Assembly: GCA_029934055.1 (NCBI GenBank)
Contig: JAOZMZ010000006.1
Coordinates: 1-42,879, forward strand
Length of the DNA: 42,879 nucleotides
DNA from: Kiritimatiellia bacterium
GTDB lineage: Bacteria; Verrucomicrobiota; Kiritimatiellia; B70-G9
Direction: 5' to 3'
In this document: positions 17,265-27,031 of the stretch, piece after piece
Position numbering within the stretch: position 1 is the first letter of the stretch
Layout of the letters: every line of letters starts with the position of its first letter
Translations under genes and position numbers: made by a program
The notes under the pieces: model-generated
What the model was told of the DNA's origin: nothing
Databases searched by the model: none
The model's input: the letters and a program-made list of their open reading frames with translations, nothing else

Positions 17265-18956
17265 TCACTGCAACGGCACGGCGCTGTCACTGTCCGGCAC
17301 ATCCACGACCGCCGCTTTCAACAAGTCCGCCGGCTCGGCGTAACGATCCTGGAGAATGCCGTCGTAGAAAACACTGATCACATATCCATAATATTCCCGT
17401 TCGCGTCCCGTCTCCGCCTTTTCCTTCTGCCTGAGACCATGCGGAACCATCCAGGCCGCACTCAACGCGCGGCGGCGCCCGACACCCCATTTGCCCTTCA
17501 TTTTCAACTCCCTCGCCGGAACCAACCCCGTCGTCGCCGCAATCTCCCCGTTCGATTCGACGCGGTCGAAAAAATCAACCAGCACCCTGACATCTTCCGC
17601 CCGGATCGAAGCCCTGCCCGAACGCCGCCGCAATACGAAGTTCACCACACGCATATCATCAAACTCGGAACCCGAAGGCCCGACCCTCTCCATCCGTACG
17701 TCCTCGATCCGAATCCTCCGCGGCAAGCGCTCTCCCCCGGAAGGCGCCTTCCTCCTCCTGACCGAACGCCGCAACGCCTGCTCATGCGCCACCCGTTGAC
17801 GCTCCGCCGCGGCAAATTTCTGCCACGGCCCCACCGGCGCCCTCTTGATGATCCCCGCCCACTGTTCTCCGGCTTCGTCGAGCATCCCGCGGCTTTCGAA
17901 AAGCCGCGCGCGCTCTACGTAGGCCGGGAAAAAATCAGGGACGATAAGCTGGATCCTTTCGAGCTCATCGTCCGCCTGCGGAAAGGTGTGGCGCTGTATC
18001 TCGAGACGTGCCTCTTCCAGCATGTCAGCCGCCAGATCGTACAACGGATTGTCACCGCCACCGGTGAAGTCGGGCTCCTCAAGTCGTTTTCCGGCGGAAG
18101 CACCGGCAACGCCGGCCGCCGCCGTGGTGACTTTCTCGGTCCGGGTGGTCACCCCTCCCGCCGCCACGCCGGCCTTTTCCGGCCCAGCCCCCTCCTGTCC
18201 CACCGCGGGCCGCACTCCTGCTCCCGCCGAGGGAGTTTCTGTTGCACCGGATGCGCCCGCCTCGCCGGAATCTTTCCCCACCGTCAAGTTACTCGAAGCA
18301 CCACCGGCCGCCTGTATCCCGGTTTCCTCTTCAACAGCGGCCACGGTCACTGTCGCTACCGACGCAGGTTGGCCCGTGCCCGCAACAGCTCCCGTCGCGC
18401 CCGCGGCTTGGGCTCCCTCAGCCGTACCACCGACGGCCGCCGCTTCCACCGCAGAGGCTGTCACAACCGCCGATGTGCCTTGTGCCGACGCCTCTCCCGA
18501 ATCGGCAAAGCTCGCGACACCGCGATCGGCCCGCCAAAACGAAAGGACCACCAGGAACACAATCTCCAGAAGGACTACCAACGCCACGAGACCGAACGTA
18601 ATGCCCTGGACGTGTCCGATCCGGCGCGCCTGGTCGCCGCCCCCTTCCTTGACACGGTGAAACCTGATCCGAACCCCGCCCACCTCGATTTCATCGCCGT
18701 CCGCAAGTTCCGCTTCGTCGACATCCATCCCGTTGACGGTCAGGCGGCCGCTGCTGCTCAGGCGCTGAATGCGCACGCGTCCGGCGCTGTCCTCATCAAT
18801 GGAAAGGTGCTTCCAATCCACGCCCTCGTCATCGAGATGAATGTGACAAGCGCGGTCCCGCCCGATCAGAACCGTACCCTGACGCACGATCAAGCGCCGT
18901 CCCTGAAAGGGACCCGTCAAGAAAAGCAACCTGTACACCTGCCGCCTCCCGGGCAT
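17265..18956 (-). CDS. FHA domain membrane protein with an Ala/Gly/Thr-rich linker and an uncharacterised C-terminal domain
   Basis: The N-terminal ~100 aa are FHA-like (VLIGRDRACHIHLDDEGVDWKHLSI...RLTVNGMDV...GDEIEVGGVRIRF). Then come one TM helix (ITFGLVALVVLLEIVFLVVLSFW), ~140 aa of low complexity, a TPR-like helix pair and a ~180 aa beta-rich tail. Confidence 0.85.
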   Translation of the reverse strand: MPGRRQVYRLLFLTGPFQGRRLIVRQGTVLIGRDRACHIHLDDEGVDWKHLSIDEDSAGRVRIQRLSSSGRLTVNGMDVDEAELADGDEIEVGGVRIRFHRVKEGGGDQARRIGHVQGITFGLVALVVLLEIVFLVVLSFWRADRGVASFADSGEASAQGTSAVVTASAVEAAAVGGTAEGAQAAGATGAVAGTGQPASVATVTVAAVEEETGIQAAGGASSNLTVGKDSGEAGASGATETPSAGAGVRPAVGQEGAGPEKAGVAAGGVTTRTEKVTTAAAGVAGASAGKRLEEPDFTGGGDNPLYDLAADMLEEARLEIQRHTFPQADDELERIQLIVPDFFPAYVERARLFESRGMLDEAGEQWAGIIKRAPVGPWQKFAAAERQRVAHEQALRRSVRRRKAPSGGERLPRRIRIEDVRMERVGPSGSEFDDMRVVNFVLRRRSGRASIRAEDVRVLVDFFDRVESNGEIAATTGLVPARELKMKGKWGVGRRRALSAAWMVPHGLRQKEKAETGREREYYGYVISVFYDGILQDRYAEPADLLKAAVVDVPDSDSAVPLQ

Positions 18957-19108
18957 CCATTATCCGCCGAACGTAGCACTACATTCCTCCAAGATCGCCT
19001 GAATACGCGGCGGCCGCTCAAGGAATGTACTCCTCGAATTCGGGAAAAACCAAGAACCAAAACCAGCAACCCGCGGTGGAAAAATTCTCCAGCCGCCGGC
19101 CACAAGAT

Positions 19109-19300
19109 TCAATCGGGCTTTCTTCCGGACATTCTCTTCATCCGCCTGCGTCTTCCGGGAATACGCTCGTTCCGTTCAGGAACCGCGTAAATATCATGAA
19201 CGACGTCGGCAGGCACCGATTCAACCTCCCTCCCCTCTTCCTCAATCCCCCAAATCCGACAAAGATTCAAAAAACCCTCCGGCAAATCTCTTTCGTCCAT
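19109..19300 (-). CDS. Small hypothetical protein (63 aa)
   Basis: ATG 19300 with GAGGGG 5 nt upstream. It lies between tsaD and the FHA gene on the same strand. No recognisable family. Confidence 0.35.
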   Translation of the reverse strand: MDERDLPEGFLNLCRIWGIEEEGREVESVPADVVHDIYAVPERNERIPGRRRRMKRMSGRKPD

Positions 19301-19416
19301 TTCAACCCCTCGACTGTCCCTGAATCACAACCCTTTCCCACAACAACAGAATTACAGGTACCACCTTCGGCCTTCGGCGTCAAGAATCCCACTCATGTGC
19401 ACGCCATGTATGGCGG

Positions 19417-20460
19417 TCAAAGCCCCTTTCCGGTCGGCACGATACCTTCGTCCAATCGCGCCGCGCGCACACATGGCCACCCCGAACCAGCCAAACCTGC
19501 CACCATGGCGGCGTTGTCAGTGCAATAGGCCGGGTCCGCCAGCAGCAACTGCGCCCCGGCCTCATGCGCCGCACCACGTAACATCGCCCGCAAAGTCTCA
19601 TTGCGAATGACGCCGCCCACACATGCCGCATAGCGGGCCGATTCCGCTACAACCGCAGTCTTCAGGCGTTCGGCCAGCACATCGAAAACCGCTGCCTGAT
19701 AGGAAGCGGCCACATCCGCCAGGTGTTGCCCCAGAACACCCGGATGATCGGCCAAATAATACCGCAGGGCCGTCTTTACCCCACTGAAACTGAACCCCAG
19801 CGCCGGCCCCCCGTCACGGCCTCCCGCCCCCGTCCGCCCTTCCGGATAAGCCCGGGGAAAACGAACATACTCCGGGTCGCCGCCGCGGGCCGCCTTCTCG
19901 ATCTCCGGCCCGCCGGGATATCCCAACCCCAACAGGGCCGCACCCTTGTCCAAGGCCTCACCGGCTGCGTCATCCAAGGTGCCCCCGATCACCACCATCC
20001 GTCCGGGCGCATCCATTCGGATCAGCCGCGTATGCCCTCCCGAAACCAGCAAAGCCACCAGGGGACACACCGCCGCGGCATCGGGCGCATCCTCCCCCAG
20101 GAACAGGGCGTAAATGTGCGCATCAAGGTGACTTACCGTCAGCAGGGGAACGCCGAGCCGCAAACTCAATGCCTTCGCCGCCGTAACACCTACGAGAAGT
20201 GAACTCGCCAGCCCCGGCCCGCGCGTAACCGCCACCGTCTCAATCCGGCTCCAGTCCAGCCCGCCTTCAGTGAGCGCCTGCTCACAAATCGGGGGCAACA
20301 CTTCAAGATGACACCGTGAGGCGACTTCGGGAACCACGCCGCCGTAAGGCTGATGCCGGGCCACTTGAGAATAAACGATGTTGGAAAGCACGTCCCGTCC
20401 ACCGACGACAACCGCCGCCGCCGTCTCGTCACAGGAAGTCTCGATCCCGAAAACGATCAT
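19417..20460 (-). CDS. tsaD: tRNA N6-adenosine threonylcarbamoyltransferase
   Basis: MIVFGIETSCDETAAAVV...GVPLLTVSHLDAHI...LVSGGHT...GGVIRNETLR is the Kae1/TsaD signature. ATG 20460 overlaps the ctp stop (ATGA). Confidence 0.95.
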   Translation of the reverse strand: MIVFGIETSCDETAAAVVVGGRDVLSNIVYSQVARHQPYGGVVPEVASRCHLEVLPPICEQALTEGGLDWSRIETVAVTRGPGLASSLLVGVTAAKALSLRLGVPLLTVSHLDAHIYALFLGEDAPDAAAVCPLVALLVSGGHTRLIRMDAPGRMVVIGGTLDDAAGEALDKGAALLGLGYPGGPEIEKAARGGDPEYVRFPRAYPEGRTGAGGRDGGPALGFSFSGVKTALRYYLADHPGVLGQHLADVAASYQAAVFDVLAERLKTAVVAESARYAACVGGVIRNETLRAMLRGAAHEAGAQLLLADPAYCTDNAAMVAGLAGSGWPCVRAARLDEGIVPTGKGL

Positions 20461-21773
20461 CCCCCGGCCGCCGACTTGAAGGTCGTGCCCTTCACCGACC
20501 CGGCGTGTTTCTCGAAGATTATCACGCCCTTGAGCACGTCTACCGCGCGCTCCAGCTGCACGTCGGCGACCTCTTCGAGATCTTCTTCGCCCTCCTCGGG
20601 CGGTGCGTTCTTCGGCCGCGACCGTTTGATCAAAACCTTGCGCCAATCCTCCGCCGACATGGGAACCACAATGTCCGGTATGATGCCTTTGTCCTGAATC
20701 AGACGGTGGTCCGGCGTGTAGTAGTAGGCCGTCGTCAACCGAATCGCCGAACCGTCCTCCTCTGGCAACACGCTCTGCACGGATCCCTTCCCGAAACTCT
20801 TCTCACCGATGATGATGGCCCGCCGGTGGTCCTGCATCGCCCCGCTGAAAATTTCAGAGGCACTGGCACTCCCGCCGTTGATCAACACCGCCATCGGAAA
20901 GTCCACGTAATGCCTGCGCCCCCTGGCCCGGAATGTCTGCTGCTGGCGCGCCTTGCGTCCCTTGATGGAAACTATCACGCTGCCGCGCGGCAGAAACTTC
21001 TGGCTTACATCCACTGCGGCGCTCAATAGCCCTCCAGGGTTATTGCGCAAATCCACTATCAGCGCCCGCATCCCCTTCTCCAGCAGACCGTCCACCGCCT
21101 TCTGCAAGGCCCGCGCCGTGGGTTCGTTGAACTGTGTTATCCGCAGGTATCCGATCCCGTCTTCCAGAATATCGGCGTCCTTGACGCTCGGAACCTTTAT
21201 TTCCGCCCTCACGATTTCCACAGTGCGCACTTCCTGCGTCTTCGGCCGCAGAATCTTGATGGTCACCTTGGTCCCGGGTTTGCCGCGCAGACGCTTCACC
21301 GCCTGGTGCAGGGAAAGACCTTCAGTGCTCTCCCCGTCAATCTCAATGATCTTGTCACCCGCCATAAGTCCCGCCCGGAACCCGGGCGTGTCTTCCATCG
21401 GCGCCACTATCGTCAACACGCCGTCGCGCAGGCTGATTACGATGCCCAACCCGCCAAACTGGCCGGCCGTATCGTCTTTCATCTCCTTGAAGACTTCCGG
21501 ATCCATGAACTGGCTGTGCGGATCCAAGGAAGAAAGCATCCCGCGCAACGCCCCGTAAATCAGGTCCTTGTAGTCGGTTTTCTCAGCGTCGACATAGTTC
21601 TCCCTGACCTGCTCGAGAACCTTGGTGAACAAGGCCATGGTGTCGTAGGGCGATTCGCGCTCAGGCGGAGTGGCCTCTTTCGAATACAGGCGGAACCCCA
21701 CCATCAAATTCATACCCAAGACCAGGACCAGCACCAGCCAGCCCAATCCGCGCCGTGTCAACCTGGATCTCAT
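20457..21773 (-). CDS. Carboxyl-terminal processing protease (S41 family, PDZ-containing)
   Basis: PDZ (GLGIVISLRDGVLTIVAPMEDTPGFRAGLMAGDKIIEIDGEST) and S41 core (LIVDLRNNPGGLLSAAVDVSQKFL, INGGSASASEIF). Start placed at ATG 21773 (GAGAGG RBS, followed by a TM/signal anchor). The track start 21848 is GTG. Confidence 0.9.
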   Translation of the reverse strand: MRSRLTRRGLGWLVLVLVLGMNLMVGFRLYSKEATPPERESPYDTMALFTKVLEQVRENYVDAEKTDYKDLIYGALRGMLSSLDPHSQFMDPEVFKEMKDDTAGQFGGLGIVISLRDGVLTIVAPMEDTPGFRAGLMAGDKIIEIDGESTEGLSLHQAVKRLRGKPGTKVTIKILRPKTQEVRTVEIVRAEIKVPSVKDADILEDGIGYLRITQFNEPTARALQKAVDGLLEKGMRALIVDLRNNPGGLLSAAVDVSQKFLPRGSVIVSIKGRKARQQQTFRARGRRHYVDFPMAVLINGGSASASEIFSGAMQDHRRAIIIGEKSFGKGSVQSVLPEEDGSAIRLTTAYYYTPDHRLIQDKGIIPDIVVPMSAEDWRKVLIKRSRPKNAPPEEGEEDLEEVADVQLERAVDVLKGVIIFEKHAGSVKGTTFKSAAGG

Positions 21774-22081
21774 CGTGCGCCTCTCGTGTTGTCCATAGTC
21801 ATCATCGCTTCCGCCCCCCTCCACCATCATTCTGCCATGCTTCGACACCTCCGCATGGAAAAATGATCAATTCAATCACCTCTCCCGTTACGCGCCGCCT
21901 GACGCCGCAGCGAGTGCACGGCGGAAAACAGATCCACTTCAAATCCAGTCTAGACTACATGTGAACACCAATGCAACCCACCTTTGCCGCGCCCAAGACG
22001 TGCCCCGACCGACACTGGCTTGCTACCTGACCGCGACTGTAATAGATTGTTGGCCGATAGAACAAACCCTATCGGTTCGGC

Positions 22082-23302
22082 ATGCAGAAACAGAATCCAG
22101 AGCGACCCGCACCAACCGGCGGACCACATACCCCGCCGGCCGCTCAACTCTACCACCTCGAACCACCGGAGCGCCAGAGAACGGACGAGGCCAAAAAACC
22201 CGCCGATCAAAAACGCTGGCAGATGGTCAGGAGGACCCTTGCCCACCAGATTTTCATTTCCAACGTGCGCACGTTTTCGATCGTCGCCGGTTGCATGTTG
22301 GTACTCTTTGTCCTCGCACTCTATATCGCCCGTAAGACGTGGCAAATCAAACAGGACCATTCACCACCCGCCGAAGCCGCCGGCCCCGCGGCACCGGCCG
22401 AGCCGCCCGCTCGCACCATGCCCACGGATGCAGAGGACTCCAAGGATGGGGATGCGGCGGTCCCCCAGTCCCCTCAGCTCGACACCGAAGCAATGCGCAA
22501 GGCCGTCTTCCTGGCACGCCGCGGGAAAGTCCTCGACGATGCCGGCGAATATGCCAAGGCGGCTGAACGCTACCGCGACGCCCTGCGTGTCTGGCCGTAT
22601 CTGACCAGCGTGTGGACCAGTCTCGGCAGAGTGTACCTGCGTCTGGGCGATTACCGGCGGGCGCAACGCGCCCTGGAACGCGCCGCCGAAAACAACCCCA
22701 ACGACCCCAGCATTCTAAACGATCTCGGCGTGGCCTATCTCTTCCAAAACCGGCTGAGAAAGGCCCGCGACTTCTTTACAGCGGCGCGGGATATGGACAG
22801 CCGCTTCCCCGACTGCCACTTCAATCTCGCCCTCTGCCACCTGGCCGAGGGCGATCTTGATTCCGCCGAAGATTCCCTTCGGGAATTCCTGCACATCAAG
22901 ACCGACGATCCCCGCGCGCTCAAGGAGTTGGCCTACATCCAGGCCCGCCGCAACCATTACCGCGAAGCTTTCGAGACCCTGCGCAAGGCTATCTCCCAGG
23001 CTCCGGAATGGCCCGCGCTCTACTTCGATGCCGCCGCGGCGGCCGCTCTTATGGGGCACGTGGAGGACGCCATAAATTACCTCGAAAAGGCCGAGCCCCT
23101 CTCATCACCGGCGGCCGTCTATCAGATTTACCAACAGCCGGCCTTCAAGGAGATACGCCTGACCGACCTCGGCGCCGATTTCGAAAAGGACCTCGCAGAA
23201 AGAGCCCGGCGCCTCATCGCCCGCTCGGAAGAGAAAGCCGCTGCGCGGGTGCCCGACGAAACCCGACCGATTTCCTCAGTTTCAACCCCGATTCAACAGT
23301 AA
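22082..23302 (+). CDS. Membrane-anchored TPR repeat protein
   Basis: One TM helix (FSIVAGCMLVLFVLALYIA), a Pro/Ala linker, then several TPR units (YAKAAERYRDALRVWP, LGRVYLRLGDYRRAQRALERAAENNPND, LGVAYLFQNRL...). The start is uncertain (ATG 22082 or ATG 22223). Confidence 0.8.
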   Translation: MQKQNPERPAPTGGPHTPPAAQLYHLEPPERQRTDEAKKPADQKRWQMVRRTLAHQIFISNVRTFSIVAGCMLVLFVLALYIARKTWQIKQDHSPPAEAAGPAAPAEPPARTMPTDAEDSKDGDAAVPQSPQLDTEAMRKAVFLARRGKVLDDAGEYAKAAERYRDALRVWPYLTSVWTSLGRVYLRLGDYRRAQRALERAAENNPNDPSILNDLGVAYLFQNRLRKARDFFTAARDMDSRFPDCHFNLALCHLAEGDLDSAEDSLREFLHIKTDDPRALKELAYIQARRNHYREAFETLRKAISQAPEWPALYFDAAAAAALMGHVEDAINYLEKAEPLSSPAAVYQIYQQPAFKEIRLTDLGADFEKDLAERARRLIARSEEKAAARVPDETRPISSVSTPIQQ

Positions 23303-23504
23303 AGCGCAGGAAGGTGTATGCTTATTGATCAGGAGAGCGTCGCGGTAAGTTCCGCCGCAGCTGTAGGGCATCGGTTGTGTTCCTGCTCAACCCCGTCCCG
23401 CATCGTCCGGCAGCCGAGACGTGGCCCGCCCGCATGCTCTCGTCTGAATAACATTTCTCAATTTTGTTCGTGAAAAGTTCGTACTGGTTACCTAATTAGG
23501 ACAA

Positions 23505-24617
23505 TTGATCATGCCGAAAGAAAGATCCAAGGACATCTACGAAACCCGCTGGCCGCATGAGCAACCCCAGGGATTCGTCCGGCGCGGACAGCGCTCGATA
23601 TATTTCGACCTGGCGAAACAGGCACGCGCCTGGCGCCGGCGCACGATCATGCTGACATCCCTGCTGTTCATCGTGCTGGCGGCCATCGGCGTACTTTCGA
23701 TCATCAGTTCCCGTCCTCACGAAATCAATCCTCCGCCGTCGCGACCAGCGGCCTCTCCTAAAGAAAACATCCTCAACGTCAGCCGTGTCTCCCGCATCCA
23801 GATCACACCCGAGGCCTCGCTCCTCATAGACGAACTCGGCAACCAACCCGCCCTTGAGCCACCCGCGGAAGCCAGCGCCCCTTTCGATACACGCTGGCTG
23901 AAGCAGGCTGCTTACTATCTGGTGACGGCCGAGAAAGCCTATCGCGACGATCGCATGGAGGACGCCCTCAGATATTTCAGCAACGTTTTGAAAATATTCC
24001 CCGACCTGCAGGGCGTGCAGCGCTATTTGGGTCTCATATACCTGCGCCTGCAGGATTATTCTTCGGCGGCCGTGGCGTTTGAGAAGGCTTCCCGCGAAAA
24101 CGCCGCCTCGGCGGGCGTCGCCAATAATCTCGGGGTGGCGTACCTGGCCCTCAAGGACTATCTCCGCGCCGAACAGTATCTCAAGCGTGCCCTTGCATTG
24201 AAACCGGACTATGACCCCGCGATCCTGAACCTGGCCACCCTTTACATCCGCCGCAATGACAAGGCTCAGGCCGCCGTCTATCTAAGCCGCTACCTTCAGG
24301 TCAAACCCGGAGATATCAAGGCAGCCCAAACCTATGCTTCCATCCTGATGGACATCGGCAAGTGGGACCAGGCGGTGGTCTGGCTCAAACGCGTCTGCGA
24401 CAGCGTACCCAGCCTGGCCCCGGCTTACTTCCGGCTGGCCCAGGCATTGGCACATACCGGACATGATCAGGAAGCCATCGCCACGCTCCGGCATGGCGCC
24501 ACGCTTATCGACCCGCGCAAGGCACTCGCCTGGCTCTCGGCCGGATCATTCGATCCGATCCGCAAACATCCGGACTTCCAAAAGCTCGTGTCGGACCTCA
24601 GCGCAGCCGGCAGGTAA
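23505..24617 (+). CDS. Membrane-anchored TPR repeat protein (paralog of 22082..23302)
   Basis: Same architecture: cytoplasmic tail, TM helix (LTSLLFIVLAAIGVLSIISS), linker, TPRs (LGLIYLRLQDYSSAAVAFEKA, LGVAYLALKDYLRAEQYLKRALALKPDY). The C-terminal ...FDPIRKHPDFQKLV parallels ...QQPAFKEIRLTDL in the neighbour. Confidence 0.8.
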   Translation: MIMPKERSKDIYETRWPHEQPQGFVRRGQRSIYFDLAKQARAWRRRTIMLTSLLFIVLAAIGVLSIISSRPHEINPPPSRPAASPKENILNVSRVSRIQITPEASLLIDELGNQPALEPPAEASAPFDTRWLKQAAYYLVTAEKAYRDDRMEDALRYFSNVLKIFPDLQGVQRYLGLIYLRLQDYSSAAVAFEKASRENAASAGVANNLGVAYLALKDYLRAEQYLKRALALKPDYDPAILNLATLYIRRNDKAQAAVYLSRYLQVKPGDIKAAQTYASILMDIGKWDQAVVWLKRVCDSVPSLAPAYFRLAQALAHTGHDQEAIATLRHGATLIDPRKALAWLSAGSFDPIRKHPDFQKLVSDLSAAGR

Positions 24618-27018
24618 ACCGCCCGCCCCCACGGGGAAAAACCAGTTCGACCACATCATCCCCGCGCACCTCGACAATACAATTTCCATCCGGCCGGCCC
24701 TGCCGATAGGATTCCCACCATCCATAGCGCAGTCCGGCCGCCTGCAACCAGCGCCGCGGGTAGCCGATCCCGCCGTTCACAATCAGGAAAGGACGATAGG
24801 CCCGCAGGAACGCCGCCTCCCGTGGCCCCGGCGATTCGTTCATGTAACGAACAAGCACCACTTCACGACGGCCGCTGATTTTTCCCATCGCGGACAGGCC
24901 CTGCACCAATCGCGGAGGCGCCGCACCCGCCAGCATGACGGCAACCCCACCACGTTCCAATCGCAGTACGAGCGCCGCCGCACCCGCTCTCCGCGAAATG
25001 ACACCCTTGCGCGGTGCCAGTATCTCCCACCACACCCCTCCCGGCCATTGCCCCTGCATCCCGCTGTGAGCATACCGCACCTTAACGTCTCGCCGCCGTG
25101 CTTCCGCCAGGAAAAGGTCAAATGTTCGCGAAGAGACCGCAGACGCCGCATACCAGATTTCATCAACCTTCATTCGTTGCAGCAACTCGACCGCACCCCC
25201 CATACAGGCCGAGATCGGCCGGCTGACCACAAACACCCGCAGCCGGTTGCATCCCCTCCGGTGTAATTCTCTGAGTATCCTGCGGGTGCTCGGTCCCCTG
25301 CCGCTGTCCACCAGCACGTCCGCCGTTCCCGGCAGATCAATCAGGACCGGCAGCGTGTCACCGCCGTCGAAAACAGTTACGCTCGCCGTACCCCTCGTCC
25401 CGATCAGCGACAAAACAACCGCAGACGCCGCCAGGCCCGTCACGGCGGCCCGCCGCATGCGTCTCTTCCCAGTGACGATCGCCAGAATGCTGCCGTACCA
25501 GACAAGCAGGAACCACACCGGCGGCGCGCGCACGTACATGTGGCCCCACGGCACCTTCCCCAGCAATTCCACGACCTTGAGCAGTAATCCCGCGAAAACC
25601 ACATTGGCGTTGTTGAACACCCCCGCCAGCGGAGGAACCGCAAAACCCGCCACCAGCGCCAAGCATCCGGTGAACACCACAAGAAAAGCCCCCGGGACCA
25701 CAAGAATGTTTCCCACGGCGGCCGCCGGTGAAAATGTATTGAAATAGTACGCCGTCAGCGGAGCTGAAAACAGCCACGCCGCAAGAGATATACACCCCAG
25801 CCCGACAACCCCCGCCGCCGCTCGATACAGTGCCCTGCGCGCCACCCCGGAACCGCCGGCCGACCACGGCTCCTCAACGGGCACCAGAGAACCGACTCGA
25901 CCCGCCCACGGCAAGAACAGCATGATCCCCGCCACCACGGCAAATGACATCTGAAACCCGGGCTCCAGAATCTGACGCGGCGCAAACAACAGGATCAACA
26001 ACGCCGCCGCCGCCAACGCCGAGGGACCATCCGGGCGCCGCCCGAACAGCGGCGCCGAAAAGAACAACAAGGCCATTATGCATGCCCGTACGGCACTGGC
26101 CTTCATCCCGGTCGCCAGCGTATAAACCAAAAGGATCGGAGCAAGACCGGCAATCCACCAGCGCCGCGATAAGCCGAACGCCCGCAGCATGCCCACCGCC
26201 AAAGCCGCAATCATCCCCACGTGCAATCCCGAAATGGCGAAAATGTGCAATGTCCCCGTCAGCGCAAAGTCCCGCCGCACACGTTCCGGCAGGGCATCGC
26301 GATACCCCAGCAACAGCGCCCGCAGGAGCCCCGCCTCCACCCCTTCACCCTCAATCCCCATGCCGAGTATCTCCGCGCAATGCCTGCGGCCGCGCAGGCA
26401 GGCCTCCACCAAGAAATTGCCATGCCCACCCGCCAGGCGACGGTACTGCCCCCGCCCCACCCTCATGGTGTATCGCCGCAGCGGCGCTGCTCCTTCGCCG
26501 GCCGTCAATACCCCGCTCAATTCCATTCGATCCCCATATCGCGGCCTTCCCCCTTCCTCGTCTTGCCGCAGATATACCCGCACAACTCCTGCGGCTCTCA
26601 TGAGACTCCCATCCCGGTCGAAACCGTCCACCCGGAAAGGAAAGCGCCATACTCCGCCATTCTCCGCCCGCCTGCCGGCCTGTACGGGGTCACCGCCGAC
26701 AACCCCCGTCAAACGCACATATTCCCGTCCGGCACTCACACGTCGCCCCAGGTCCAGCGGGGAGACCACTCCGGCATTCGCCGCCGCCGCCGCTCCTGCG
26801 GCACAGGCCACCGCGGCGTAGACAAAAATCAACCCGCCCATCCTGCGGTATAGCAAAATCGCTCCCACACCGGACGCCATCCCCACGAGAACGAACGCCA
26901 GGATCCTTTCCGGTGAAAAAAGCCCGCAAGAGGTCCCCACGGCATAAGCCGCCGCCAATCCCACCAGCGGCCGTCGGATGAAAAACTCATATTTCACCGA
27001 GGACCTCCCCCCCCACAT
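24598..27018 (-). CDS. comEC: ComEC/Rec2 family DNA internalisation channel protein with a C-terminal metallo-beta-lactamase-like domain
   Basis: N-terminal OB/DUF4131-like region, then a polytopic core with LTGTLHIFAISGLHVGMIAAL (ComEC competence motif), then a C-terminal soluble domain. The start is ambiguous (track TTG 27024, ATG 27018, or GTG 26997 with a GGGAGG RBS). The 3' end overlaps the convergent TPR gene by 20 nt. Confidence 0.85.
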   Translation of the reverse strand: MWGGRSSVKYEFFIRRPLVGLAAAYAVGTSCGLFSPERILAFVLVGMASGVGAILLYRRMGGLIFVYAAVACAAGAAAAANAGVVSPLDLGRRVSAGREYVRLTGVVGGDPVQAGRRAENGGVWRFPFRVDGFDRDGSLMRAAGVVRVYLRQDEEGGRPRYGDRMELSGVLTAGEGAAPLRRYTMRVGRGQYRRLAGGHGNFLVEACLRGRRHCAEILGMGIEGEGVEAGLLRALLLGYRDALPERVRRDFALTGTLHIFAISGLHVGMIAALAVGMLRAFGLSRRWWIAGLAPILLVYTLATGMKASAVRACIMALLFFSAPLFGRRPDGPSALAAAALLILLFAPRQILEPGFQMSFAVVAGIMLFLPWAGRVGSLVPVEEPWSAGGSGVARRALYRAAAGVVGLGCISLAAWLFSAPLTAYYFNTFSPAAAVGNILVVPGAFLVVFTGCLALVAGFAVPPLAGVFNNANVVFAGLLLKVVELLGKVPWGHMYVRAPPVWFLLVWYGSILAIVTGKRRMRRAAVTGLAASAVVLSLIGTRGTASVTVFDGGDTLPVLIDLPGTADVLVDSGRGPSTRRILRELHRRGCNRLRVFVVSRPISACMGGAVELLQRMKVDEIWYAASAVSSRTFDLFLAEARRRDVKVRYAHSGMQGQWPGGVWWEILAPRKGVISRRAGAAALVLRLERGGVAVMLAGAAPPRLVQGLSAMGKISGRREVVLVRYMNESPGPREAAFLRAYRPFLIVNGGIGYPRRWLQAAGLRYGWWESYRQGRPDGNCIVEVRGDDVVELVFPRGGGRFTCRLR

Positions 27019-27031
27019 ACCCAACCCCCGT

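Noticed and set aside
17439-19190. 583 aa plus-strand ORF antisense to the FHA membrane-protein gene
   Set aside because: The translation is extremely Arg/Pro/His-rich with no motifs. This is a typical shadow ORF of a GC-rich gene on the opposite strand, and the minus-strand product has clear FHA and TM features.
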